DNA of 64,000 nt. Source: the human T2T-CHM13v2.0 reference genome, Homo sapiens. Positions 12,900 through 28,871 of the stretch are shown in pieces. The notes beneath the pieces are model-generated. The model saw only the letters and a program-made list of their open reading frames with translations, ran no database searches and was not told the DNA's origin. The position numbers were made by a program, and so were the translations under genes. The stretch lies in NCBI RefSeq assembly GCF_009914755.1, contig NC_060932.1. One strand, given 5' to 3'. Every line of letters starts with the position of its first letter. Position 1 is the stretch's first letter.

Positions 12900-14013
12900 T
12901 GCATGCCCACTTTTGATCAATTCCCGATGCCCTGAGAATATTGTTTTTCACAGTATTGTCCAGTTGATCTCCATATTACCAAATTCACTGGTCAATGATC
13001 AGCCTTCGTCTGATTTGACCTGTCAGCAGTGTTTAATACAGTTAATCACTCTGTCCTTGGAACACTTTCTTTGCCTTGCATTCAGTACATGACTATTTCT
13101 TGGTTCTCAGCCTATCTCACAGCCACCCCATCTCAGCTTCCTTTGTTGAGTTGCTCTCTTCTCTTTCAGATCCTGAGAGGTAAAATACCCCAGAATTCTG
13201 ACTTTTCTCTGGTCTGTTGATAATCATTCCTTAGAGTAATAAATCTATCTATTAATATATGTTGACAACACCCATTCTTATATCTTCAGTCCTAAACACT
13301 CCTCTTAAGCAAATTAACTAAGGCACACAATATATATTTTAAAAATTCTTTATTTTTCTTCCAAAATTTTTTTATCCCATATCTTTGCCAAATTGGCATA
13401 ATCTCCATCCTTATAATTACTCATAACTAAATCCTTGACCCATCTTCTTAGACAATATATCTAAATCTGATTTGTAGCCACCACTTACACTGCTTCCAAC
13501 CTGATCCAAGCCACAGTCATATCTTACCTTCGCCATTGCAACAATCTACCAGTTGGCCTTCTCAGTTTTAATTCCTGCCCTGTGTAGTCTATTCTTCAGC
13601 AGCAAGAGTGGTTTTCTTCTATGTAAATCAAATCACATCACTCTTGCTTAAAATTAGACTCAAAGTAAAAACCAAAATCTTTAGAAAAACCTGTGGGTCC
13701 CTGCAAAACCTGCACCAACTACACCCACTCATATCCTCCTCCCTGATTTTATGTGCTATCGTGCCTTCCTTGATCTTTTGATTCCAGATCCACTGATCTT
13801 TCCTTTTCTCAACAAAGCATGCTCAAGATATACATACGACTCATTTCATTCTGATCTCTACTAAAATCCCACCTCATCAGGGAGGATTCTCTGTATCTTA
13901 GAAAGCATACTCTACTTTTGTCGCTCTCTACTCCTTTGAGATTTCTTCACTTTTTTTAAATTAGCATAAACCACCATCAATAATCTACTTATCTGTTTGT
14001 TTATTGTATATAT

Positions 14014-14057
<44 letters not shown>

Positions 14058-14170
14058 TGTAAACCCCAACAGAGCTGGGATTTTTTTTGTTTTATTTTCG
14101 GACTTGTCCCAAGTAACTAGATAAGACCCTAGCTCAAGGTAAACTCTCAATAGATATTTGTTGAATAAAT
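12900..14170. mobile_element. L2 LINE relic
   Basis: L2-typical phrases (CCAAGCCACAGTCATATCT, AAATCACATCACTC) and the terminal CTCAATAGATATTTGTTGAATAAAT. Confidence 0.7.
14017..14055. repeat. (AC)n microsatellite
   Basis: About 19 perfect AC units. Confidence 0.97.
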
Positions 14171-14604
14171 AAAGAAAGCCAATTTTTCCCCAAGTATTTA
14201 CTAAGTGTCTATTAGGTACCAAGCACTGTCCTAAGTATAATAATATGTCCTATAATTTTATAAACAATCCTAAAAATTTTTTAAATTAAATATAATTATC
14301 CTTATTTTACTGATGAGATACCAAAAGATTAAGGACTTACTTAAGGTTACACAGCATGTTAGTGATAGAATTGGATTCTTTTTGTTCTTTTTAATTGGTA
14401 TTTTCAGTAATTGTGTTATGTCTATTACACCAGTTCTCAAGAATACTGGGTACATTTTGTAACTACAGAAGAATCCATGGAGATAAGATTGGAATTAAGA
14501 CACAGTGAGAACCATTTTAAGTAGCTTGTAACATCTAATTTTATAAACTTTTATCAAATTTCAATGACCAGTACTCAAACTATATTATTAAACTTCTGCA
14601 GAAT

Positions 14605-14838
14605 GTTGTCACTCATAAGTAGGAGTTGAACATTGAGAATGTGTGGACACAGAGAGGGGAACAACACATGGCAGGGCCTGTTGGGTTATGGGGGGATGAG
14701 GGGAGGGAACGTAGAGGATGGGTCAATAGGTGCCGAAAACCACCATGGCACATGTATACCTACGTAACAAAGCTGCACGTTCTGCACATGTATCCAATTT
14801 TATTTTTTCATAAGAAATAAAGAAGAAAAAATAAAAAT
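14605..14838 (+). mobile_element. Short L1PA 3'-end insertion
   Basis: L1 3' UTR with an A-rich tail, flanked by TSD AAACTTCTGCAGAA / AAACTCCTGCAGAA. Confidence 0.85.
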
Positions 14839-15435
14839 AAACTCCTGCAGAAAATGCTTCTTTCTGATGTTCAGGGCTAGTACAGCAGCTTTTCCACCAG
14901 AAAGACATGCTCACAATCAGTCTAAACACTTGGGATTTCCAAACAGTTCTGTCACATGTATTGGAATATTTCTGGAGAATTATTTAAAGCAAAGTTATTG
15001 GTGTAAAAACATTCATATGTGTCTGCAGATATTCACATAATTTCTTCCAACTGTGCATTTTCTAATTGAGAAATAAATATGGTATATGATGAATGGCAGA
15101 TATGATCTGCTTATTCCCTTTGGTTCTTCATTTGGCAGGTCAATTTTCAGAGTGAACAAACAGAAAACACTTCTCTAAAGCAAGACTTTCTTCTTACTCT
15201 GCATCCAAGCCTTAAATAACTCAATTCTAAAGAATATTTTTGCCAAGGCTAATCCTCTTGTGAGCTTAGCTTAGAAGTCGTTCCATAAAAGGAATAGTGA
15301 GTGTATAACAGAAGGTTAAGCACTGTTGAGAATGGTCAGTTTTGCTTCATTTCAGGAAAACCAGGTATAGAAACCCAGTATGGAAAACAAAGTTCTTATT
15401 TGGCCAGATTGGAATACTCTGACCAAAAAAAAACA

Positions 15436-18330
<2,895 letters not shown>

Positions 18331-19767
18331 AAAAAAGAAGAAGAAGTAGTTTAGGAAGAAGGTAATGAATTAAAATTAGGAAAGAGGTAATCGTCAAACC
18401 GTACACAGACTTGCAAGAACCAAACATTTCTACTTCTATTTCAGTGTGCAACTGCAAAGAGTCTGGGTGGGGTGGGGGAAGCAACCCTGTAAATGAAAAG
18501 AGAAAAGTGTGACATTTGCTTAACCAGAAGTGGCTTAAATTGGGAAGATTAAAGTTTAAAGAACATTTTGTTTAATCTCATTATAATGAAGTCAAGGAAA
18601 GAAAGATAAAGATTAAGGATAAGCTTCAATCTCTCGTTATTAAAGATATAGTTGTGTTCATTTTATTTTGATATATGATAAAAGTAATTTCAACTAAATT
18701 TGTATTGCTTACCAATTGATTAGAATTGGTTTGGATTTCCCAGATTTTATTTCATGAGCTCATTTTTCTTTTGCTGAGTAAGTTGTGCTTTTTGTAGACA
18801 CTAAAATAGATAATTATCTTGCATGAATTATAACAAGTTATATTATGTAACAGCTAAAGATGAAACACAATTGAAATAAAACTAGTCCATGACTAAATAT
18901 GGATCAAAATATTTCTGAAGAAAAAAGCAAGACAAAAAGTTATAGGAAGACTAAGGACTGAAATTCTACTTGGAACATATATTAACACAACTTTTTGCCC
19001 CAACTTTTTTATTAAAATGTAATAGAAAATACTTGCTAGTAAAAGAAACAAATGTCAAATTTTGTTCTTAAGTTGACTTCAGTCCTACCTGTTTTGGAGT
19101 TTTTCTTCCACCAAGATAGTCTTTTTCTGGAAAAAACATAGAATAATCTCATTTAGTTTTCTATCTCTAGTCCTTCATTCAAAGAAATCCTGCACTGTTG
19201 TGTGTAGAAATATGGTACAGGAATATTTTAAACAAAATTAGAATGAGTAGTGTAGTATGAAACATATTTAGCATTTTTCCCTTGTTTCTGTCATGGAACT
19301 CCTAAAACCCTTGGAATTTCCAGGGTGATAGGAGTGTCTTTTGTTATTCATAAGGAGCCAATTTTGATCTGAGTTTATGCTAAGAAAGCATTTTGGGGTG
19401 GGGCTTCTAGATAGCCATGGTATAGGGCTGGTCACCAGAAAGACTAGAGGATTGGGTTAGAGGATTGGAACTTTCAGTTTTACCCACTGACCTCTGGGAA
19501 AAGAGATAGGGGATGAACATTAAGCTCTATTAAACTCTATTTAAAAACTCTTGAACAACAAGATTTGATGAGCTGTTGGGTTGCTGAACATGTGGAGGTG
19601 CTAGGAGGGTGATGTACCTAGAAAGGACCTGGAAGCTCTGTGCCCCTTCTCTGTGTACCTTGCCCTATTTCCTCTTCCATTTGTTCACTTGTATCATTTG
19701 TAATATTCTTTATAACAAATCAGTACACATAAGTAAGTGTTTCTTTGAGTTCTGTGAGCTGTCCTAG

Positions 19768-20481
19768 TGAGAGGTGAAGCTGGCTGGGCTTCTGGGTGAG
19801 GTAGGGACTTGGAGAACTTTTCTGTCTAGCTAAAGGATTGTAAACGCACCAATCAGCACTCTGTAAAAATGCACCAATCAGTGCTCTGTGTCTAGCTAAA
19901 GGTTTGTAAACACACCAATCAGCACTCTGTAAAAACACACCAATCAGCATTCTGTAAAATGGACCAATCAGTGCTCTGTAAAATGGACCAATCAGCAGGA
20001 CGTGGTTGGGGCCAAACAAGGGAATAAAAGCTGAACACCTGAGCAAGCAGTGGCAACCTGCTTGGGTCCCCTTCCATGCTGTGGAAGCTTTGTTCTTTCA
20101 CTCTTCACAATAAAACTTGCTGCTGCTCACTCTTTGGGTCCACACTATCTTTAAGAGCTGTAACACTCACTGTGAAGGTCTGCAGCTTCACTCCTGAAGC
20201 CAGAGAGACCACAAACCCACTGGGAGGAACAAACAACTCCAGACGCACCACCTTTAAGAGCTGTAACACTCACTGTGAAGGTCTGCAACTTCACTCCTGA
20301 AGTCAAGTGAGACCATGAATCCACTGGAAGGAAGAAACCCTGGACACATCTGAACATCTGAAGGAACAAACTCTGGACACACCACGTTTAAGAACTGTAA
20401 CACACAACACGAGGGTCTGTGGCTTCATTCTTGAAGTCAGCGAGTCCAAGGACCCACCAGAAGGAACCAATTCTGCACACA
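19768..20481 (+). promoter_or_regulatory. LTR12 5' LTR (714 bp)
   Basis: TGAGAGGTGAAGC...CACACA termini, CCAATCAG repeat array, GGAATAAAAGC promoter motif and AATAAA at about 20109. Confidence 0.93.
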
Positions 20482-20484
20482 TTT

Positions 20485-20502
20485 TGGCAACCACGAAGGG
20501 AC
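20485..20502 (+). other. Primer binding site, tRNA-Arg type
   Basis: TGGCAACCACGAAGGGAC just after the LTR; a splice-donor-like GGTGAGT follows at 20521. Confidence 0.88.
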
Positions 20503-21741
20503 TATCACCTATCACCAAGTGGTGAGTACCATTGGACCCCTTTCATTTGCTACCCTGTCCTATTTTTCCTTAGAATTTGGGGGTTAAATACCGGGTGACT
20601 GTTGGCCAGTTAAAAGCGACTAGCATGGCCACCAGTCTAAAGACACTGGTGTCAGGCTTTCTGGGAAAGGGCTCTCTAACAACCCCCGACTCTTTGGAGT
20701 TGGGAGTGTTGGTTTGCCTGGAACCAGCTTCCGCTTTCCCCGTACTTCTGGGCTGAGCCGAGAGTCAACAGAGAGGCAAGCCATACAGTTCAGGGGTCCC
20801 GACAACAAGTTGGTTGACCCTGCAGCTATGAGCAGAACTCTCAAAGTCATGTCGCCCAAGTGAGACTCGCCCATCTATCCTATCTATCCTGACTCTTGCC
20901 TCCTGGGTCCTAATGCCTGTCAGACAAACTTCCTCTTGCCTCTCTTCTCTGAGGCTACTCCTGCTTCTAAAAACCACTCCCTGTCTCTGGTGCTTTTCTA
21001 GTTTCTCCTATAAGAATGATTTCTAGTTTAAACCCCAGGACTCTGTTACCTTCTTTAGGTACCCAGCCTCACCAATCAGAAAGACATAATTTTTGCCAAA
21101 AACCCCATTGTAGGGGGGACTATCTGGAATTTTAGGATCCCTCCTCAGACAAGCAAACCTAACCAAAAGCTATTCCTGAAGGTAGGATATGGGGAGCATC
21201 AGCAATTGTATCCTTCCTATTCATATAAGTGAGGACAAAAGGCACCACTCTTCCAACTCTGGAGATCCCTCCCTTCCCTCAGGATATGGCCCTCCACTTC
21301 ATTTTTTGGGGCATAACATCTTTATAGGACACAGGTAAGATCCCATACTAACAGGAGAATGCTTAGGACTCTAACAGATTTTCAAGAATTCGCCAGTAAG
21401 GGCCACTAAATCTGATTTTTCTCAGTCCTTTTTGTGGTCTAGGAGGACAGGCAAGGGTGCAGGTTTTCAAGAATGCATCGGTAAGGGCCCATAAATCTGA
21501 CCTCCCTCGGTCCTCCTTGTGGTCTAGGAGGAAAACTAGTGTTTCTGCTGATGCATTGGTGAGCACAACTATTCTGATCAGCAGGGTCCAGGGACAATTG
21601 CAGGTTCTTGGGCAAGAGGTGTTTCTGCTGCTGCATGGGTGAGTGCAACTATTCCAATCAGCAGGGTCCAGGGACTGTTGTGGGTTCTTGGGCAGGGGGA
21701 GAAACAAACAAACCAAAACCATGGGCAGTTTTGTCTTTCAG

Positions 21742-23202
21742 ATGGGAAACACTCAGGCATCAACAGGCTCACACTTGAAATGCATCCCAAGCCATTGGGA
21801 CCAATTTGACCCACAAACCCTGAAAAAGAGGCAGCTCATTTTTTTCTGCACCATGTCTTGGCCCCAACATTCTCTCTGATGGGGAAAAATGGCCACCTGA
21901 GGGAAGTATAAATTACAATACTATCCTGCAGCTTGACCTTTTCTGCAAGAGGGAAGGAAAATGGAGTGAAATAACTTATGTCCAAGCTTCCTTTTCATTG
22001 AAGGAGAATACACAACTATGCAAAGCTTGCAATTTACATCCCACAGGAGGACCTCTCAGCTTACCCCCATATCCTAGCCTCCCAATAGCTCTCTTTCCTA
22101 TTAATAATAAGCCTCCTCTAATCTCCCCAGCTCAGAAGGAAATCAGCAAAGAAATCTCCAAAGGACCACAAAAACCCCTGGGCTATCGGTTATGTCCCCT
22201 TCAAGCTGTAGGAGGAGGGGAATTTGGCCCAACCTGGGTACATGTCCCTTTCTCACTCTCTGATTTAAAGCAGATCAAGGCAGACCTGGGGAAGTTTTCA
22301 GATGATCCTGATAGGTACACAGATGTCCTACAGGGTCTAGGGCAAACCTTTGATTTCACTTGGAGAGATGTCATGCTATTGTTAGATCAAACCCTGGCCT
22401 TTAATGAAAAGAATGCAGCTTTAGCTGCAGCCCAAGAGTTTGGAGATACCTGGTATCTTAGTCAAGTAAATGATAGAATGACAGCTGAAGAAAGGGACAA
22501 ATTCCCTACCAGTCAGCAAGCCATCCCCAGTATGGATCCCCACTGGGACCTCGGCTCAGATCATGGGGACTGGAGTCACAAACATCTGTTGACCCACGTT
22601 CTAGAAGGACTAAGGAGAATTAGGAAAAAGCCCATGAATTGTTCAATGATGTCTACCATAACTCAGGGAAAGGAAGAAAATCCTTCTGTCTTCCTCAAGC
22701 GGCTATGGGAGGCCTTAAGAAAATATACTCTCCTGTCACTCTACTCACTTAAGGGTCAGTTGATCCTAAAAGATAAGCTTATTACCCAATCAGCCACAGA
22801 AATCAGGAGAAAGCTGCAAAAGTGAGCCTGGGCCCTGGACAAAATCTGGAAGCATTATCAAACCTGGCAACTTTGGTATTCTATAATAGGGACCAAGAGG
22901 AACAGGCCCAAAAGGAAAAGCAAGATCAGAGAAAGGCCACAGCCTTAGTCATGGCCCTCAGACAAATGAACCTTGGTGGTTCAGAGAGGACAGAAAATGG
23001 AGCAGACCAGTCACCTGGTAGGGCTTGTTATCAGTGTGGTTTACAAGGAAACTTTAAAATAGATTGTCCACAGACACAAGCTGCCCCCTCGGCCATGTCC
23101 ACTATGCCAAGGTAATCACTGGAAGGTGCACTGCCCCAGAGGACAACATCCAGAGCCCCCAGACCAGAAGCCCCCAACCAGATGATCCAACAACAGGACT
23201 GA
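21742..23202 (+). pseudogene. gag: HERV9 gag, disrupted (longest open stretch 21998-22825)
   Basis: MGNTQAS start, capsid segments ([16 protein letters not shown]) and zinc knuckle CYQCGLQGNFKIDC. Frameshifts near 21875 and 22825. Confidence 0.9.
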
Positions 23203-26200
23203 GGGTGCCCAGGGCAAGCGCCAGCTCATGTCATCACCCTCACTGAACCCTGGGTATGTTTAACCATTGAGGGCCAGGAAATTGACTTCCTCCTGGACAC
23301 TGGCACAGCCTTCTCAGTGTTAATCTCCTGTCCCAGACGACTGTCCTCAAGGTCCGTTACCAACTGAGGAATCCTGGGACAGCCTGTAGCCAGGTATTTC
23401 TCCCACCTCCTCATTGTAATTGGGAGACTTTGCTCTTTTCACATGCCTTTCTTTTTATGCCTGAAAGTCCCACACCCTTATAGGGATGGACATATTAGCC
23501 AAAGCTGGAGCTATTATCTACATGAATATGGGGAAAAAGTTACCCATTTGTTGTCCCTGCTTGAGGAGGAAATCAACCCTGAAGTCTGGGCATTGGAAGG
23601 ACAATTTGGAAGGGCAAAAAATGCCTGCCCAGTCCAAATCATGCTAAAAGATCCCACCCCTTTTCCTTATCAAAGGCAATATCCCTTAAGGCCTGAAGCT
23701 CATAAAGGATTACAGGATATTGTTAAACATTTAAAAGCTCAAGGCTTAGTAAGGAAATGCAGCAGTCCCTGCAACACCCCAACTCTAGGGGTACAAAAAC
23801 CAAATGGTCAGTGGAGACTAGTGCAAGATCTTAGACTCATCAATGGGGCAGTAATTCCTCTATATACAGTTTACCCAACCCCTATACCCTGCTCTCTCAA
23901 ATACCAGAGGAAGCAGAATGGTTCACAGTTCTGGACCTCAAGGATGACTTCTTCTGTAATCCCCTGCACTCTGACTTCCAGATTCTCTTTGCCTTTGAGG
24001 ATCCCACAGACCACAAATCTGAACTTATGTGGACAGTCTTGCCCCAAGGGTTTAGGGATAGCCCTCACCTGTTTGTTCAGGTACTGGCCCAAGATCTGAG
24101 CCACTTCTCAAGTTCAGGCACTCTGGTCCTTCAGCATGTGGATGATTTACTTTTGGCTACCAGTTTAGAAGCCTCATGCCAGCAGGCTCCTCTAGATCTC
24201 TTGAACTTTCTACCTAATCAAGGGTACAAGGTGTCTGGGTAGAAGGCCCAGCTTTGCCTACAGCAGGTCAAATATCTAGGCCTAATCTTAGACAGAGGGA
24301 CCAGGGCCATCAGCAAGGAATGAATACAGCCTATACTGGCTTATCCTCACCCTAAGACATTAAAACAGTTGTGGGGGTTCCCTGGATTCACCGGCTTTTG
24401 CTGACTATGGATCCCCAGATACAGCAAGATAGCCAGGCCCCTCTATACTCTAATCAAGGAGACCCAGAGGGCAAATACTTATCTAGTAGAATGGGAACCA
24501 GGGGCAGAAACAGCCTTCAAAACCTTAAAGCAGGCCCTAGTACAAGCTCCAGCTTTAAGCCTTCCCACAGGACAAAACTTCTCTTTGTACATCACAGAGA
24601 GAGCAGGAATAGCTTTTGGAGTCCTTACTCAGACTCGTGGGACAACCCCACAACCAGTGGTATACCTAAGTAAGGAAGTTGATGTAGTAGCAAAAGGCTG
24701 GCCTCACTGTTTAAGGGTAGTTGCAGCAGTGGCCATCTTAGTGTCAGGCTATCAAAAGAATACAAGGAAAGGATCTCACTGTCTGGACTACTCATGATGT
24801 AAATGGCATACTAGGTGCCAAAGGAAGTTTATGGCTATCAGACAACCACCTATTTAAATTCCAGGCGCTACTCCTTGAGGGACCAGTGCTTCAAATACGT
24901 ACATGCATGGCCCTCAACCCTGCCAATTTTCTCCCAGAGGATGGGGAACCAATCGAGCATGACTACCAACAAATTATAGCCCAGACTTATGCCACCCAAG
25001 ATGATCTCTTAGAAGTCCCCTTAGCTAATCCTGACCTTAACCTATATACCGATGGAAGTTCATTTGTGGTGAACGGGATACGAAGGGCAGGTTATGCCAT
25101 AGTTAGTAATGTAACTGTTCTTGAAAGTAAGCCTCTTCCCCCAGGGACCAGCGCCTAGTTAGCAGAACTGGTGACACTTACCCGAGACTTAGAACTGGGA
25201 AAGGGAAAAAGAGTAAATGTGTACACAGATAGCAAGTATGCTTATCTAATCCTATGTGCCCATGCTGCAATATGGAAAGAAAGGGAGTTCCTAACCTCTG
25301 GGGGAACCCCCATTAAATACCACAAGGAAATTGTGGTGTTATTGCAAGCAGTGCAAAAACCCAAGTAGGTGGCAGTCTCACACTGCCAAAGCCATCAGAA
25401 AGGTGAAGGAGAAAAGGCAGAAGGAAACTGTCAGGCAGATGCTGAGGCCAAAATTGCTGCCAGGCAGAACATTCCATTAGAAATACCTACGGAAGGACCC
25501 TTGGTATGGAACAACCCCCTCTAAAAAATTAAGCCCCAGTATTCACCAACCGAAACAGAATGGGGACTTTCACAGGGGATTAGTTTTATCCCCTCGGGGC
25601 AGTTAATGACAGAAGAAGGAAAGGTACTTATACCCAAAGCCAGCCAGTGGAAAATACTTAAACCCTCCACCAAACTTTTCATATGGTTATTGAAAACATT
25701 CATCAAATGGCCAAATCCCTATTTACAGGGCCAAATCTCCTCCAGACCATCTGACAGGTAGTCAAAGTCTGTGAGGTGTGCCAAAGGAATAATCCCTTGG
25801 TCCATCGTAAGGCCCTTTTGGGGGAACAAAGAATAGGTCACTATCCCAGAGAGGACTGGTAGTTAGACTTCACTCATATGCCTAAGTCAAAGGGATTTCA
25901 ATACTTGTTGGTCTGTGTTGATACCTTTACAAATTGGATAGAAGCTTTCCCCTGCAAGACAGAGAAGGCTCAGGAAGTGATTAAAGTCCTAATTCATGAA
26001 TTAATTCCTAGATTTGGGCTTCCCCAAAGCTTACAGGTGACAATGGTCCGGCTTTTAAAGCCATGATAACTCAGGGAATTTCCAGGGCGCTAGGGATACA
26101 ATATAATCTTCACTGCGCCTGGAGGCCACAATCCTCAGGGAAGGTCGAGAAGGCAAATGGAACACTGAAGAGGCACTTAAGGAAACTAACACAAGAAACA

Positions 26201-26761
26201 AGAAACTCATCTCCCATGGCCTACTCTTTTGCCCATGGCCATGTTGAGAATCTGAATTTCTCCTCACAATATGGGGCTCAGTCCATATGAAATGCTGTAT
26301 GGACGACCTTTTCTCACAAATGACCTCCCACTTGATCAGTAAATGGCCAACTTGGTCAAAGATATAACTTCTTTGGCAAAATATCAACAAAACCTTAAAA
26401 ACCTACCTGAAGGATGTCACAGAGAAAAGGGAACAGAGTTGTTTCAACCAGGAGATCTAGTGTTGGTCAAATTTCTCCCCTCTGCCTCCCCATCTATGGA
26501 CTCTTTGTGGTAATCCTCTCTACCCCCACTACAGTTAAGGTGGCAGGAGTGGAATCTTGGATTCACCACACCCAAGTTAAATTTTGGACACCCCCTGAGG
26601 AACCTGTGGGGCCGTCAGCTCAGGAGTCCCAAGATCAGCCAGAGCAGCCTCAATATACCTGCAAACTGTTGGAGGACTTGCATCTCCTATTTTGGAAGGA
26701 AACATCCCAGACTGAAAAGGTTCCTACCACTGATCCTGAAGAAAAACCCCTTCCTCCTTAA
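23203..26761 (+). pseudogene. pol: HERV9 pro-pol (protease, RT, RNase H, integrase), disrupted
   Basis: Protease FLLDTG at about 23290; RT WRLVQDLR, LPQGFRDSP and QHVDDLLL; RNase H YTDGSS and YTDSKY; integrase WRPQSSGKVE. Many stops and frameshifts. Confidence 0.92.
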
Positions 26762-26979
26762 AACAGATAAGTGAAAACCTGCATAATCTTTAACAACTCT
26801 CCTTGCCCCTTTAATAGAATCCTTTTACTATTTCATCACATTATTAAGTAGCATACTAACCATACTCTTTGCAATAGGACTATATACTGTAGCTCCTGGC
26901 AGGATGAAAATCCTAATCACATCAACCTTCTTTCTATCTTCATTCCTTCTAACAGCAATTTACTCCTACCTTTAACTCA

Positions 26980-28860
26980 GACTGGGTAAAATAATCTCAT
27001 CTTCCAGAGCACCCTCTTTACCTTCCTATTTACTCTTTGCCTATCTATCCCTCCCGCTTCCTTGGATACCTAATACAATCACCCCTCCCCTTCCACTAGC
27101 TCCTAATTACCTCTACAAGACTCTCAACTTAACCCAATCTCTGTTAAACCAGTCCAATCATTCCCTGGCAAATGATTGTTGGCTTTGAATCTCTCTATCA
27201 ACATCTGCTTATGTTGCCACTCCCATTCCTGCAAAAAAAAATTGGGTCTTTACCAACTTAACCTACCACCCTCGTTATGAAGGAAAAGACCCTTTCCGAC
27301 TTCTAAATATGCAGTCACTAGCCAACTTCCCCATCTCTGATAGGACCAAGAATACCCTAACAGGACGTGCAATCCAACTTTTACATTCTTACATTTCCAA
27401 CCACACCTATTACACAAGCAATGAAAAGCCCATACATGGCCCTGTAACTGCGAATACCATCTTAACTTTCCAAGCCCCTTTATTCATCCAACGCAACCTG
27501 TTTGTTATCAGGCCTGCCCCTGGGGCAGCTACTACCCCATCAGTGTAATTACACCCTACAACTTCAAGCCCCAACTGATTATAGTAACTTCCGAGTCACC
27601 CAAACAGCCCCATTCAGATGGCTTGTCTGCTTCTCAGGGCCCCCAAAAATCATCACCTCCTTCCTGCTTAACAAAAAGTCAAGGTTTTGTAATGGCAAAC
27701 ATACTCCCTGCATGACCATTCACCCCCCGGACCCCCTGCAACAGCACCCCCACCACTAGTGAATGCCTTCTCATCCCCTCTTTCAATCACTCTCTCAAAT
27801 GCTTCCTAGTAGATACAAAATGGTTTTTTCTCCAATGGGAAAATAGAACTCAGGGAGCCACTCAATTGGCTCCCAACACCCCTTTCCAGCCACTCACTGG
27901 AGCTACCTTGGCAAGTACTCTAGGAATATGGGAAAATGAAAACAACAAACTCACACATGTTTTTAACATACACAACCAGTTCTGTCTACCCATCCAAGGT
28001 ATATTCTTATGTGGAATCTGGACCTATAGCTGCCTCCCCACAAACTGGACAGGCACCTGCACCTTAGTCTTTCTAAGTCCCAACATTAACATTACCCCAG
28101 GAAATCAGAACCTATCAGTACCCCTCAAAGCTCAAGTCTGTCAGTGCAGAGCCATACAACTAATACCCCTACTTATAAGGTTAGGAATGGCTACTGCTAC
28201 AGGAACCAGAATAGCAGGTTTATCTACTTCATTATCCTACTACCACACACTCTCAAAGGATTTCTCAGACAGTTTGCAAGAAATAACGAAATCTATCCTT
28301 ACTCTACAATCCCAAACAGACTCTTTGGCAGCAGCAACTCTCCAAGACTGCCGAGGCCTAGACTCCCTCACTGCTGAGAAAGGAGGACTCTGCATCTTCT
28401 TAGGGGAAGAGTGTTGTTTTTACACTAACCAGTCAGGGATAGTACGAGATGCTGCCCGGCATTTACAGGAAAAGGCTTCTGAAATGGGACAATGCCTTTC
28501 AAACTCTTATACCAATCTCTGGAGTTGGGCAACATGGCTTCTCCCCTTTCTAGGTCACGTGGCAGCCATCTTGCTATTACTTGCCTTTGGGCCCTGTATT
28601 TTTAACCTCCTTGTCAAATTTGTTTCCTCTAGAATCGAGGCCATCAACTACAGATGGTCTTACAAATGGAACCCCAAATGAGCTCAACTAACAACTTCTA
28701 CCAAGGACCCCTGGACTGACCTGCTGGCCCTTTCCCTGACCTAGAGAGCTCCCCTCTGGAGGATACTACAACTGCAGGGCCCCTTCTTCACCCCTATCCA
28801 GCAGGAAGTAGCTACAGCAGTCATTGCCCAATTCCCAACAGCAGTTGGGGTGTCCTGTTT
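26980..28860 (+). pseudogene. env: HERV9 env, disrupted (longest open stretch 27866-28681)
   Basis: The CWLC motif is broken by TGA at about 27186. Also CLPTNWTGTC, a fusion peptide, an altered ISD (LQDCRGLDSL), the CX6CC motif CIFLGEECC and TM LLLLAFGPCIFN. Confidence 0.9.
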
Positions 28861-28871
28861 AGAGAGGGGAT

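Noticed and set aside
15340-15425. Possible splice acceptor TTTGCTTCATTTCAG and exon
   Set aside because: No supporting reading frame or partner exons could be seen, and such motifs are frequent by chance in AT-rich DNA.
19820-19995. CCAATCAGC repeat arrays (also about 3310-3590 and 28925-29140) as a CRISPR-like array
   Set aside because: These are the known LTR12 U3 tandem repeats, with no unique spacers and no cas genes, in eukaryotic DNA.
27866-28681. 271-aa HERV9 env ORF as a domesticated syncytin-like gene
   Set aside because: It has a non-ATG start, upstream SU is frameshifted with a stop in CWLC, the furin site is degraded (VCQCR), the ISD is altered and the C-terminus is frameshifted.
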